In this document: positions 39,190-53,107 of the stretch, in pieces
How positions within the stretch are numbered: the stretch's first letter is position 1
How the letters are laid out: every line of letters starts with the position of its first letter
NCBI GenBank assembly: GCA_030390025.1
Contig: CM059432.1
Location: 88,848,001 to 88,912,000 of the forward strand
Source of the DNA: Squalus acanthias
Taxonomy: Eukaryota
Length of the DNA stretch: 64,000 nt
Reading direction: 5' to 3'
Notes under the pieces: model-generated
Seen by the model: only the letters and a program-made list of their open reading frames with translations
What the model was told of the DNA's origin: nothing
Databases searched by the model: none
Position numbers and translations under genes: made by a program

Positions 39190-39920
39190 GGGGGAAAAAT
39201 TGAGTCACGCCCCCTGTGGGGCGCTAACTTCACCGGGGCACTACTTTTAGCGCCCCGAAAAAATTAGCACCCCTGCGGCCGAAATTCATCGGTAACGCCC
39301 CAAGAGGGAAGCGGGGTGCTACTGGAAACACCCTGCCTCCCTCTTGGGGCGCTGCGAGGGAATATCACTGCACTACGTGCCGCGGTACTGCACGCCTTCT
39401 TCCCCTTCTTAAAGGGGAGGGGCCTAGCGCAGCACGACCCAGGGCCCAGCTGGGCCACTGGGGATCGGAGTGCCGGAAAAAGCGTCTGGCACTCAAGAGA
39501 AGTGCCGGGCTCACGGAGTGCAGCCGGCACTCTGCGGGGGGGGGGGGGGTGGGGATGGCAACGGGGGCAGGTGCTGGCAGGCGGGCAACAAAAATGGCCA
39601 CCCGGCACCTCGCCTTTAATTAGCACCGCCCCGGCCGCAGGTAGGCCCCCCGACCACGTCGGACATAGCGTCCGGTGGTAAGTCAGGGGGCGATACTGAA
39701 GATCGCGGCTAGGGCGCAAGCGTGACGCTGCGCACGGCGATGACGTCATCGCCGGCGGTGCAGCGCCATGGGGCGCTAACGGTTACCGCCGCTGCTAGCT
39801 TCCCGCTGAATTTCATGGGAGGTGCTGGCGGTGCCACGCCCGGGCGCTAATTGCTTTGCGTCCCGTTAGCGTCCTCTTAGGGCGCTAACGGGAGGCGCAA
39901 AGCAACCAAATTTTCCCCCC
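39190..39920. mobile_element. Harbinger-type MITE (family M1), inverted relative to the 2148 copy
   Basis: TIRs GGGGGAAAAATTG / AAATTTTCCCCCC; near-TSD GAA/TAA; the host CR1 rejoins. Confidence 0.88.
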
Positions 39921-40226
39921 TAAATCTGTGTCCCCTAGTCCTTGTACCATCAACTAATGGGAACAGCCTTTCCCTGTCTAGCCTATCCAAACCCATCATA
40001 ATCTTGTACATCTCTATCAAATCACCCCTCAACGTCCTTTGCTCGAATGAAAACAAATCCAGCTTCTCCAACTTGTCCTTGTAGCTAAGATCCCCCATCC
40101 CCGGAACCATTCTGGTAAATCTCCTCTGCACCCTGTCAAGGGCCTTCACATCCTTCCTAAAGTGTGGTGATCACAAATGGATGCAATACTCCAGTTGTGG
40201 CCTAACCAGTGCTTTATAAAGGTTCA

Positions 40227-42060
40227 TGCTGAACAAATATTTTGTTTCAGTCTTTACGGTAGAGGACACTAAGAATATCCCAACACTGGACAAACAGGGG
40301 GCTCTAGCGGGGGAGGAGCTAAATACGATTAAAATCACTAAGGAATTGGTACTCAGTAAAATAATGGGACTCAAGGCAAATAAATCCCCTGGACCTGATG
40401 GCTTACATCCTAGGGTCTTGAGGGAAGTGGCAGTAGGGATTGTGGATGCTTTGGTAATAATTTTCCAAAATTCCCTGTACTCATCAAAGGTCCCGGCAGA
40501 TTGGAAAACTGCTAATGTAACACCCTTATTTAAAAAGGGTAGTAGGCAGAAGGCTGGAAATTGTAGACCAGTTAGCCTAACATCTGTGGTGGGTAAAATT
40601 TTGGAGTCTATTATTAAGGAGACAGTAACGGAACATTTAGATAAACATAATTTAATAGGACAAAGTCAGCATGGCTTTATGAAGGGGAAGTCATGTCTGA
40701 CAAATTTGCTTGAGTTCTTTGAGGACATAACGTACAGGATGGATAAAGGGGAACCAGTGGACGTAGTGTATTTAGACTTCCAGAAGGCATTCGACAAGGT
40801 GTCACATAAAAGATAAAAAATCACTGGATTGGGGGTAATATTCTGGCATGGGTGGAGGATTGGTTATCTAACAGGAAGCAGAGAGTTGGGATAAATGGTT
40901 CATTCTCGGACTGGCAACCAGTGGCCGGTGGTGTTCCACAGGGGTCGGTGCTGGGTCCCCAGCTCTTTACAATCTATATTAATGATTTGGAGGAGGGGAC
41001 CGAGTGTAACATATCAAAGTTTGCAGATACAAAGATGGGAGGTAAAGTAGAAAGTGAGGAGGACATAAAAAACCTACAAGGGGATATAGACAGGCTGGGT
41101 GAGTGGGCAGAGATTTGGCAGATGCAATACAATATTGGAAAATGTGAGGTTATGCACTTTGGCAGGAAAAATCAGAGAGCAAGTTATTATCTTAATGGCG
41201 AGAAACTGGAAAGTACTGCAGTACAAAGGGATCTGGGGGTCCTAGTGCAAGAAAATCAAAAAGTTAGTATGCAGGTGCAGCAGGTGATCAAGAAGGCCAA
41301 CGGAATGTTGGCTTTTATTGCTAGGGGGATAGATTATAAAAACAGGGACGTATTGCTGCAGTTATATAAGGTATTGGTGAGACCGCACCTGGAATACTGC
41401 ATACAGTTTTGGTGTCCATACTTAAGAAAAGACATACTTGCTCTCGAGGCAGTACAAAGAAGGTGCACTCGGTTAATCCCGGGGATGAGGGGGTGGACAT
41501 ATGAGGAGAGGTTGAGTAGATTGGGACTCTACTCATTGGAGTTCAGAAGAATGAGAGGCGAACTTATTGAAACATATAAGATTGTGAAGGGGCTTGATCG
41601 GGTGGATGCGGTAAGGATGTTCCCAAGGATGGGTGAAACTAGAACTAGGGGGCATAATCTTAGAATAAGGGGCTGCTCTTTCAAAACTGAGATGAGGAGA
41701 AACTTCTTCACTCAGAGGGTAGTAGGTCTGTGGAATTTGCTGCCCCAGGAAGCTGTGGAAGCTACATCATTAAATAAATTTAAAACAGAAATAGACAGTT
41801 TCCTAGAGGTAAAGGGAATTAGGGGTTACGGTGAGCGGGAAGGAAATTGGACATGAGGCTGAGTTCGGATCGGTCAAGGCCCTGTGGGTGGCGGAGCGGG
41901 CCCAGGGGCTGAGTGGCCGGGTCCTGCTCCTACTTCTTGTATTCTTTAGATTTGAGGTTAGGATCAGATCAGCCATAATCTTATTGAATGGCGGAGCAGG
42001 CTCGAGGGGCCGATTGGCCTACTCCTGCTCCTTTTTCTTATGTTCTTATGTTCTTATGTT
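40227..42060 (+). mobile_element. Young 5'-truncated CR1 LINE with a doubled 3' end
   Basis: Long RT ORFs 40226 (196 aa) and 40852 (334 aa); (TTCTTATG)3 tail. Confidence 0.95.
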
Positions 42061-43770
42061 CAGCATAACTTCTCTACTTTTGTACTCAATACCTCTATTT
42101 ATGAAACCCAATATCCCATATGCTTTGCTAACCACTCTCTCAATATGTCCCGCCACGTTCAGGGACCTATGCACATTAACTCCCAGGTCCCTCTGTCCCT
42201 GCACACTCTTTAAAACTGTGCCATTAAGTGTATATTGCCTCTCCCTGTTTCTTCTACCAAAATGCATCACCTCACACTTCTCTGTATTAAATTCCATCTG
42301 CCACTTGTCTGCCCATTCTGCTCGCCTTTCTATGTCCTGTTGCAGTCGATTGGTATCATCATCACTGTTTGCCACACTCTCAAGTTTGGTGTCATCGGCA
42401 AATTTAGAAATTCTACTCTGTATTCCAATATCCAGGTCATTTATATATATCTAAAAAAGCAGTGGCCCCAGCACTGACCCTTGGGGAACACCACTGTCTA
42501 CCATCCTCCAGTCTGAAAAACAGCCATTTACCACAACTCGCTGTTTTCTGTCCTTAATCCAATTCCTTATCCAAGCTGCCACTGACCCACCTATTCCATG
42601 AGCCTCAATTTTGGCAACCAGCCTTCTATGTGGTACTTTGTCAAATGCCTTCCAAAAATCCATGTAGACAACATCCATTGCATTCCCTTCATCAATCCTC
42701 TCTGTTACTTCATCAAAAAATTCAATTAGATTAGTCAAACATGATCTGCCTTTTACAAATCCGTGTTGGCTCTCCTTAATTAGCTTAAACCTCTCCAAGT
42801 GCCCGTTAATTTTTTCCTTGATTATTGTTTCTTAAACTTTACCCAACACTGATGTTAAACTGACCGGCCTGTAGTTACTAGGATTGTTCTTACACCCTTT
42901 CTTGAACAATTGTGTCACATTTGCCACTTTCCAATCCTCAGGCACCTCCCCCGCATCTAGGGAAGATTGGAAAATTATGGCAAGCCCTTCCGCTAATTCC
43001 TCCCCCAATTCCCTTAGCAACCTGGGATGCAAGCCATCTGGACCAGACGACTTATCCACTCTAAGCATACCCAGCCTTTCTAGTACATCCTGCCTATCAA
43101 TTTTCACCCCTTCCATTGCTTCTACCTTTTCCACTTCTACTGATATTTTATCAGCATCCACCTCCTTTGTAAACACCGATACAAAGTAGTCATTGAGAAT
43201 TCTAGTCTTGCCCTGCACCTCTAAGCATATATCACCTTTGTTGTTCCTAATGCTACCCACCTCGCCTCTTACTACCCGCTTACTGTTTACATGCCGATAG
43301 AAGATTTTTGGGTTCCCTTTTATGTTAACCACCATTCTACTCTCATATTCTCTCTTTGCCAATCTTATTTTCATCTTCACTTCCCCTCTCAACTTATTGT
43401 ATTTGGTCTGGTTCTCCCTAGAAGAATTCACCTGACATTCATCATACACCCTCTTCTTTTGTTTCATCATCTTCTCTGTCTCCCTTGTCATCCAAGGAGC
43501 CCTTGCTTTGGTTCCCTTACCCTTCCCTCTTGTTGGAATGTACCTAGCCTGTACTTGGAACATCTCCTCCTTAAAGATCTCCCATTGTTCCGTTACAGTT
43601 TTTCCTGTCAGTCTTTGGTTCCATTTTACCCTGGCTAGATCCTTTCGCATCCCATTGAAGTTAGCCCTATTCCAGTTTAGAAGTTCCACTCTAGATTGTT
43701 CCTTGCTACTCTCCATTGCTAATCTAAATCTTATGATACGATGATCACTCATACCCAAGTGTTCTCCCAC

Positions 43771-43814
43771 AGAGAGAGAGACAGAGAGAGAGAGAGGCAG
43801 AGAGAGAGAGATAG
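43771..43814. repeat. Imperfect (GA)n microsatellite
   Basis: Read directly from the sequence; abuts the CR1 5' truncation point. Confidence 0.9.
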
Positions 43815-43954
43815 ACCAGTTTTGCTAATAATACTACTTCACATAATACTCCTGTTCTTATCAAAACTCCAACTCGCTATTCCAAAGAACATCAGCTAGC
43901 AAAATATCTGAATTTCAGAATTTGGTGCAGTGGGGGAGGGGGGGTTATATACAA

Positions 43955-44175
43955 CAACAAAAACGACAAATTATATTCATATAGCACATATACCATAGGA
44001 AATCATCCCAAAGTGCTTTGTTGAGGTGCAAGGAAAATTGGACACCGAGCCAAAGAAGAAAAGATTAGGTGGGTTGACCCAAAACTTGGTCAAAGAGTTG
44101 GGTTTTAAGGAGGGTCTTAAAGAAGGAGAGGGACATTGAGAGGTAGGGGGCTTAGAAAGGGACTTCCAGAGTCTG
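43955..44175 (-). mobile_element. Old L2-type LINE 3' end
   Basis: Similar to 21410-21660. Confidence 0.55.
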
Positions 44176-44851
44176 ATGATGGGAGTAAAAGGATTTTTAT
44201 CACTTTCAATTGGTTAAAGAAACTGCAGCACCATTGAATAAAATAAGATGTATATATATTCAAAAACTGATGCTGCAAAACCTGACCATCAACGGAATAG
44301 CTGGTGATATGCATTGAGATGTGAAGAAAGGAATAGCTTCATACGAGGATAAAATTTGATTTATTTAATCTCATACTACTTAAAAAAAATAAGAATTGCG
44401 AATAATTGAATGCTGGAACGAGTTTCAAGGCTATAATCTAATCAATGAGTTCAAGTGTCATCATAAACCATGAGAGAGAAGTTTTGTCAGGTATAACAAT
44501 CATTCTGACCTAAGATTAGATTACAGCCTTGAATTTCTTCCATGGTATCTTTAAATTGTTAGACTACTAGTTGATCTTCTCTGAAGTTGCTATATTAGTG
44601 TGCTGTAAATAGAGCTCGAAGTTTGTGTAGGTAATCTCTGCCATTTCATTTCAAGGAGCATACGATAATTCATTCACTTCAGAATTCACAACATTTAAAG
44701 CAAAACTATTATCACGAGCTGCTCTCAGTCTGAGCCAGACTTGGGACTGCAGGGGCGACTGTTTCTCAAAGATTTTTTTTGCTACAATGTGATTGGAAAG
44801 AAAATCAAAAATGAGGTGAAAGGTTTTGCATATGATAGAATATAGGAACGG

Positions 44852-46556
44852 GGACTGAATTTTGCTGGCGCTCAGAGGGCGGGTTCGGAGACGGGTCCGC
44901 TGTCAAAATCAAAAAGATTGACAGTGGGGCGGTATCCCACTCTAAACCCGCTTCCTTGTCAGTTTCCCTAGTGCCGGCTCTGCCTGCGCTTTGCAGACCC
45001 GGCACGAAGCAGCGAGTCATGGAATTGTGCTAGTTAAGAGAGTGTTTAAAGCAATTTAATCCCCATTTTACCAGGTACAAAGCATTTTGCCAAGTTTTCC
45101 ATGAGGTTCCTGTCGCTTGGGGATCACACAAGGTAAGTATGTCGGGTTCTGAACAACTCTCCATTTCTTTGAATAGGTGACAGCTGCAAAAGTGGTATAA
45201 AAGCTACCATTTTGCAGCTGGTCACTTTCCAATCTCAGAAGCTGGAGCATTAATGATTTGGAACCCACTTTTGAGCTTTATGCACTTTTGAAGTGTTTGG
45301 AGTAATCTCTCTAGCCACTGTCACCTCCTTGGAACAACCTATCTCAACACTGACAGATTACATCTGTCATCTCAACCTCACCTGCCATCTATTCCATCAG
45401 CATCGGTGCCCTTGAAAAAATCTCACTTGGGTCCTCAGAATCCCACCATGATCAGCCCCAACACCAGCATCACCGGGCACACCAGGAACACCAACATCCA
45501 CACCAACCTCCTCCGCAATCAATTGATGCTGCACTGGACACAGGGCATCATCACCCATGCACATTACTGCCCGGGTCACCAGCGATGGCCTCACCATGTC
45601 CCGATTTGCTTCACTTAACACTGAACACCGTGGCTGCCACATGATGCACCAGGTTGGCACCACCCCAGACCAGCATCATAAAGCATCCTTACAATGTCCA
45701 AGCCATTCCTTTCACACTCATCACCATTGCAGGGGTGGGGGGAGGTTAACGTTATGTCTCACCATTCACTGCAACTCACTAAGACACTTCCAAAGGTGCA
45801 CACAAATCTGTCCAAGAATGCAAAGTGTTGAAAATAAAGATTTCAATGTTTGACAGCACATTACCAGATACTTCACATGAACATTGGCTAAACCACTCAA
45901 GTGCCTACTGTTGTGTGTTCTTAGTTGGTATGCTTGCAGTAGGATGAGGGTAAGTGTGAGAGGTGGCTAGTGAGATGGGGAAGTGATAATGTAAATAGAG
46001 AGGGATGAGTGGAGGTGCAAGGTAAGTTGGTTTTAGTAAAGATGTGCAGGATTATGGTAGGGAAGGCAGAGTGATGGGGATGTGATGAGTGGCACAGTAG
46101 GATGAGGTTGAGTGTGGCTTGGCAGTAACGTTTCGTGATCTACTGAGATAATTGAAAGGTTTGCGCCACTGCAGCCTGGTCCTCCTGACCACATCCCTGC
46201 TTGTGCTCTCTTGTGCAATGTGCAACCAGGCTGCGTTGGTCTCCTGGAGAGGTGTCTTCTGCCCATTGGAAGGGAAGAGAACCTCCCTGCGTGCTGTGAC
46301 TCCCTCCATAAGCATATACAGGGAGTCATGGGAGAGCCTGGGTAGAGCCGTGCACCTTTGTGCAGTGCTTGTCAGTGTTTGCAGCACATCAATGCTGTAG
46401 AACACTGACAGCACAACTGTCAAAATCAATTTGGACTTAACAAGCCCAATCAGGGCAAAATCACTTGGAGGAGGCGGGATGAAGACGGGTGCGGAGTTTG
46501 AGGCCGCTGTCAGCTCCGGCTGCACCGGACTCACCACAGCTGGCGAAATCGCGGCC
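44852..46556. mobile_element. Non-autonomous Harbinger family B element with a Myb exon-1 remnant (-, ~46125-46365)
   Basis: TIRs GGACTGAATTTTGCTGG / CTGGCGAAATCGCGGCC; LPRLSHDSLYMLMEGVTARREVLFP...AAWLHIAQE is homologous to ORF 60666. Confidence 0.85.
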
Positions 46557-46652
46557 AGGAGCAGGCCAATTGTCCCATTGAACTGGCTCAAATATTTAGG
46601 TATCGATGGCAGTTGTAATTTTTACAAGCCCAATTCTTCACCCTTTTAGCAT

Positions 46653-46860
46653 GGGGGTAATTTCTGATTTCACTCGCCCAGTAAGGAGCTTCGTCTGCCC
46701 AAACATGCACATTGAAAAATTTTTGTGCACGTGGCCCACAATTTTGCAACCATTAATTTAAATGGTTGAGAAATGATGCATGGTGGTGCCCAAATTTCCA
46801 AAATGTGCTGTGGCCAGGCAAGAGTCCTTGCCAGCAACACAAATTTAGAAAATTACCCCT
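46653..46860. mobile_element. 208-bp Harbinger-type MITE
   Basis: TIRs GGGGGTAATTTCT / AGAAAATTACCCCT; TSD CAT (46650-46652 / 46861-46863). Confidence 0.8.
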
Positions 46861-47835
46861 CATATCCCTTAATACCCTTATTTATCAAATATGTATCCTC
46901 TTTAAACACCTCAGCCTAGAAATTCAGTTGCGTAGCGCCCGTTGTTTGGGCACTATGGTTGCTGAATTGGGACCAAAATGGCATCCGAGCACCGGGAGCA
47001 CACTTCTGCGGTGGGCGGCGCCGGATGCCATCTTGGTGAGAGCAATAGAGCAGCCGTTAGGAGCGTGCGCTATAAGTATGGTAAGTAGGCAGATCGTCAC
47101 GTCAATCAGCGTGCAATGCTGATTTGACGCCAGCACTGTCATTTTCGTCATCAGCGCTGGAGCTAATACCCTCTCCTCACCTTGCACAGCTGAACATGCA
47201 TTCAACAGCAGAAAGGACCCCCCCCCCCTGCCACCAGCGATATTTAAAGGGATCATCACCAACTTTCAGGTAACTTGCTTTTTGATTTCTACTGGCTCTG
47301 TGTAAGTTTGTGGAAATGTTTGGGGCTTTCTAGAGTTATTTAAAGTTGGTGAGGTGACAGGGAGTGGGGCTGCAAGTGGAGAAGGCCTTGCTTGTGACTT
47401 CAAAGGTTCTGGTCAGACCACTTGCTCCCAGTCATGGGTGCTTTAGTTGTCATCCCTCTTGGCCTGCAGCATGACAGGGAGATGGAGCAGAGGCAGCAAA
47501 GAAGAGGACAAGCTGCTCACAGAGGAAGGAGGAGGAGGGCGCTCAGAAGGAGACCTTACTCACCTAGGGTCTTCTGACAGCAATTTTCTAACCTCAACCT
47601 GAGCCTGGAGCATTGTGTGAGGCATCTGAGCTTTACGAAAGAGGTGCTCACAGAACTCTGTGACATTTTACAACCAGACCTGCAGCTTCAGGGTAAGCAC
47701 AGCACTGCCAATGGCAATGAAGGTGACCATGGCCCTGAATTTCTTTTCATCGGGATCCTTCCAGGTTGGAGCAGGTGATATCTGTAACATCTCACCATTC
47801 GACATCCACTGCTGCATAAGAGAGGTGATAGATGT

Positions 47836-50800
47836 CCTCAGGGGAGTGTTTGCTAGTGCTGTTGGGGAGGGTTTAAACTAAAATGGCAGGGGGTTGGGAA
47901 ACTGTGCAGGGAAACAGAGGAAAGGGAAGCAAGGATAGAAGCAAAAGACAGGAAGGAGAAAAGCAAAAGTGGAAGGCAGAGAAATCAAGGGTGTAAATCA
48001 AACAGGGCTACAGTAAATAATAACTCTAAAAGGATTAAGAGTGTTAAAAAAACAAGCCTGAAAGCTTTGGGCTGGATTTTCATGTGACCCGTGGAGGCGG
48101 GTTTGGAGGCGTGTGGGGGGTTAAAATTGCGAAAACTGGCGGGTGGGCACAAGTCCGCCTCCATCCCGCCTCCACGCAATTTTCATTAAATCGTGTCTGC
48201 TGGTCCCGACTCCGTCCCGCCTTTAAGAGATGGGATAGGCTGTTAAGGCCCTTAACAAGCACTAAATTGGCTCTATAATGCCATTTTGAAAGGCCTTTGT
48301 GATTTTAACCCTTGATCTACGTGAAGCACGCCTGTTCTGAACCACAATTGTGAAACCTGGCGGGAGCACATTTGGATAGCTGACTATCAGCTGCAGGTCC
48401 ACTATTACAATGGAGATGTGATGAAGGTAGTAGTAGTATTAGGTCTGAAAGTCGCCTCTGATGCTGCTGCATTGAAGGTCTTCAGAGACTGCCTGGCCTT
48501 TGCTGTGAGAGGACCTGGATGCAAAAAATCTCTCTCTCTCTCTCTCTCTCTCCCCCTTAGAGCTGCTGCTCATTTTGCATCCAGGTCCTCTCACAGCAAA
48601 AGCCAGGCAGTCTCTGACCTGCAATGCAGCAGCAATGATGACAACATCAGAGGCGACTTTCAGACTGAAACCACTAATTGGTTCATGGGTTCCCACATGC
48701 TGGAACTTAATTGCCCAATTAAGTGAAAATTGCATCAATCTCCCACATCCAATTGCAGTCGGGTGGATAACACGAAATGCGGATGACACGACCCCAACCC
48801 GCCCCAGTATCAATATCCAGCCCATAGTGTCTTAATGCGAGGAGCATTCGTAATAAGGTGGATGAATTAGCTGCGCAAATAGATGTAAACAAATATGATA
48901 TAATTGGGATTACGGAGACATGGCTCCAGGGTGACCAAGGCTGGGAATTCAACATCATGGGGTATTCAATATTCAGGAAGGACAGACAAAAAAGAAAAGG
49001 AGGTGGGGTAGCATTGCTGGTTAAAGAGGAGATTAACACAATAGTAAGGAAAGATATTAGCTCTGATGATGTGGAATCTGTATGGGTAGAGCTGAGAAAT
49101 ACCAAGGGGCAGAAAACATTAGTGGGAGTTGTATACAGACCCCCAAACAGTAATGCTGAGGTTGAGGATGGCATTAAATGGGAAATTAGAGACGCGTGCA
49201 ATAAGGGCACAGCAGTTATCATGGGTGACTTTAATCTACATATAGATTAGGCTAACCAAATTAGTAACAATACTGTTGAGGAGGAATTCCTAGAGTGTAT
49301 ACGGGATGGTTTCCTGGACCAATATGTCGAGGAACCAACTAGAGATCAGGCCATCTTAGATTGGGTATTATGTAATGAGAAAGGATTAATTAGCAATCTT
49401 GTTGTGCGAGGCCCCTTGGGGAGGAGCGATCATAATATGATAGAATTCTTCATTAAGATGGAGAGTGAAGTAGTTGACTCAGAGACTAGGGTCCTGAATT
49501 TAAATAAAGGAAACTATGATGGTATGAGGCGCGAGTTGGCTAGGGTGGATTGGGGAGTGTTACTTAAAGGGTTGACGGTGGATAGGCAATGGCAAACATT
49601 TAAAGGTCGCATGGATGAACTACAGAATTTGTTCATCCCTGTTTGGCATAAAAATAAAACAAAAAAGGTGACTCAACCATGGCTAACAAGGGAAATTAGG
49701 GATAGTATAAGATCCAAGGAGAGGACATATAAATTGGCCAGAAAAAGCAACAAACCTGAGGATTGGGAACAGTTTAGGATTCAGCAAAGGAGGACAAAGG
49801 GATTAATTAAGAGGGGGAAAATAGAATATGGGAGTAAGCTTGCAGGGAACATAAAGACTGACTGTAAAAGCTTCTATAGATATGTGAAGAGAAAAAGGTT
49901 GGTGAAGTCAAGCATAGGTCCCTTGCAGTCAGAATCAGGGGAATTTATAATGGGGAACAAAGAAATGGCTGACGAATTAAATACATACTTTGGTTCTGTC
50001 TTCACAAAGGAGGACACAAATAAACTCCCAGAGATGTCGGGGAACATAGGGTCTAATGAGAGGGAGGAATTGAATGAAATCACTATTTGTAGGGAAATGG
50101 TGTTAGGGAAATTGACGGGATTGAAGGCCGATAAATCCCCAGGGCCTGATAATCTACATCCTAGAGTACTTAAGGAAGTGGCCCTAGAAATAGTAGATGC
50201 ATTGCTGGTCATCTTTCAAAATTCTATCGACTCTGGAACAGTTCCCATGGATTGGAGGGTAGCTGATGTAACCCCACAATTTAAAAAAGGTGGTAGAGAT
50301 ATAACAGGGAATTATAGCCTGACATCGGTAGTGGGCAAAATGCTAGAGTCCATTATAAAAGATGTAATAGCAGAGCACTTGGAAAACAGTGACAGGATCG
50401 GACAAAGTCAACCTGGATTTACAAAAGGGAAATCATGCCTGACTAATCTACTGGAAATTTTTGAGGATGTAACTGGTAGAATAGATAAGGGAGAAACAGT
50501 GGATGTGGTGTATTTGGACTTTCAGAAGGTTTTCGATAAGGTCCCGCATAAGAGATTAGCGTGCAAAGTTAAAGCACATGGGATTTGGGGGTGAGGTACT
50601 GATTTGGATAGAGAAATGGTTGGCAGACAGGAAGCAAAGAGTTGGGATAAATGGGTCTTTTTCCGAGTGGCAGGCAGTGACTAGTGGGGTACCACAGGGA
50701 TCGGTGCTAGGACCCCAGCTATTCACAATATATATTAATGATCTAGAAGAGGGAACTAGATGTAATATCTCTAAGTTTGCAGACGACACAAAGCTGGGTG

Positions 50801-51706
50801 GGCGTGTGTGCTGTGAGGAGGATGCAGAGAAACTCCAGTATGATTTGGACAGGTTGGGTGATTGGGCAGATGCATGGCAGATGCAGTATAATGTGGATAA
50901 ATGTGAGGTTATCCACTTTGGTGGCAAAAACAGGAAGACAGATTATATCTGAACGGCAATAGATTGGGAAAAGGGGAAGTGCAACGAGATCTGGGAGTCC
51001 TTGTGCACCAGTAGCTGAAGGTAAGCATGCAGGTGCAGCAGGCGGTTAAGAAGGCAAATGGTATGTTGGCCTTCATAGCGAGAGGATTCGAGTACAGGAG
51101 CAAGGATGTCTTGCTGCAGTTGTACAAGGCCTTGGTGAGACCACACCTTGAGTATTGTGTGCAGTTTTGGTCGCCTTATCTGAGGAAGGATGTTCTTGCC
51201 ATGGAGGGAGTGCAGCGAAGATTTACCAGACTGATACCTGGGATGGCAGGAATGACGTATGAAGAGAGATTGGGTCGATTAGGCTTATATTCACTAGAGT
51301 TTAGAAGAATGAGAGGGGATCTCATTGAAACTTATAAAATTCTAACAGGACTAGACAGACTAGATGCAGGAAGGATGTTTCCGATGGCGGGGGAGTCCAG
51401 AACCAGAGGTAACAGTCTAAGGATAAGGGGTAAGCCATTTAGGACTCAGATGAGGAGGAATTTCTTCACCCAGAGATTGGTGAACCTGTGGAATTCTCTA
51501 CCACAGAAGGCAGTTGAGGCCAATTCATTAAATATATTCAAGAAGGAGATAGATATATTTCTTAAGGCTAAAGGGATCAAGGGATATGGGGAGAAAGCAG
51601 GGGCAGGGTACTGAATTTGGATGATCAGCCATGATCTCATTAAATGGCGGAGCAGGCTCGAGGGGCCGAATGGCCTACTCCTGCTCCTATCTTCTATGCT
51701 TCTATG
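47836..51706 (+). mobile_element. CR1 LINE: ORF1 C-terminus plus near-complete ORF2 (EN-RT), disrupted
   Basis: GVFASAVGEGLN* ORF1 end; EN motifs (IGITETWL, VYRPP, MGDFN, SDHN); RT ORFs 49404, 50578 and 51027; CTTCTATG tail. Confidence 0.95.
48069..48823. mobile_element. Harbinger-type MITE with an internal hairpin and (CT)n loop
   Basis: TIRs GGGCTGGATTTT / AATATCCAGCCC; inserted at the start of the CR1 EN coding region. Confidence 0.85.
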
Positions 51707-53107
51707 CTTTATGCCAGGAGAGAGGACTTCATTGTCTTCTCTCTGACCAGAGAGAAGCAGATGGAGCATGCACGTGGCTTTGCCAGGATAGTAGACTTCC
51801 CATGCTACAGGGCGCTATCGACTGCACGCACGTGGCTTTGTGGGCACCGTATAGAAATAATGAGATGTCCCGCCGCAAAGGTTACCGCTCGTTGAATGTG
51901 CAGTTGGTGTGCGACCATGCTCAGCACATCATGATGGTGAATGCCCAGTATCCTGGCAGCAGTCATTCTGTGCCAGTATGCTGTTCCCTCAGTCTTTGAG
52001 CCAGAAAGACAAACCAGATGGTGTCTACTGGGCGACAAGGGCTATCCCTTGACCACCTGGCTCATCGCTCCGCAACCCAACCACACGTGGCCAACATGCG
52101 TACAACGGTAGCCAATCTGCCACACAAAACATCATAGAGCAAACCATTTGGCTGCTGAAGCAACGGTTCTGCTGCCTGGCCCACTCTGGAGGAGCCCTGT
52201 AGTACTCATGTCCTGATTCGTCTTGGTCTGCTGTATCCTCCACAACCTGGCCATCATGAGGGCACAGCCCTTGCCATCAGGGATATGGCCACCAGCTCAG
52301 GAGAAGGAGGAGGAAGAGGAGGAGGAGGAGGAGGAGGAAGAGCAGGAAGCAGAAGAGGAGGAGGAGGAAGCGGAAGTTTGTAGGCAACCCAGACAGCCCC
52401 TTTCTGGCCGGGATATCCGGGATCGAATCATCCACCTGCGGTACCAGTGAACGCAACCCCTAATTCTCCATTCAACAACAGTCCCACACCTTACCTTCCC
52501 TCTGTTACTGACCATCACAGCGTCCTCTTGGCCACAATGCTGAAATAAAAGCCATGACAAAGCAAACATTCCAATCAAACTTTACCCATCTGTCCATCCA
52601 ATATTACATCAAAAAATCAACTCATCACCCTTGTGCATTCCCTTAGTGACTGTCTTGCATGCGCCTTTGCCTATCCTAGTGCTCCTACGCAGTGCTACCC
52701 CAGTGCCTGCAGCATGACTGGTGGAAGGCTGCTGACTTTCAGTGGGGGAGACTGCAGATGGACTTGCAGGATGACCTCGAGGAGCTCTGGGCCGAGTAGG
52801 CCCGGCTTTGGACTGTACCATCTCGGCATGGGCGGCAACAGTCAGGCAACAGTATGGACACTGGGGGAGTGGCAGTGGTGGGAGGACAAGTGCTGTCATC
52901 CTGAGAGAGGACAGCAGGTTTGTCCTCCACAGATCCATTGTCACTCCCCTGGGGCAACCTCTCAGCAATCCTAGTAATCTGCAGAGTACAAACTGCTGGA
53001 TTGTTGTGACAGCCTGCAAACCCCTTTCAACACTGGTAAACCCAGCCATGATGGCAGCAGTCTGTGTTTGCATGACTTCAGTCTGAGCTTCCATTGCAGC
53101 ACTCAGA

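Larger units (their letters stand above)
39076..43770 (-). mobile_element. CR1 LINE (EN C-terminus and RT), split by a MITE and an opposite-strand CR1
   Basis: ORFs 42832, 42451, 42046 and 39877; GCTTTATAAAGGTTCA (~40226) continues as GCATAACTTCTCTAC (42063). Confidence 0.92.
47434..52450 (+). pseudogene. HARBI1-like transposase pseudogene (47434-47835, 51707-52450)
   Basis: ALNFFSSGSFQVGAGDICNIS, GAIDCTHVAL, RKGYRSLNVQLVCD, LLGDKGYPL, CCILHNLAI and a poly-Glu tail. Confidence 0.9.

Noticed and set aside
47660..47881. Transposase-CR1 fusion protein
   Set aside because: It is a junction artefact where a dead transposase frame runs into the CR1 ORF1 tail.
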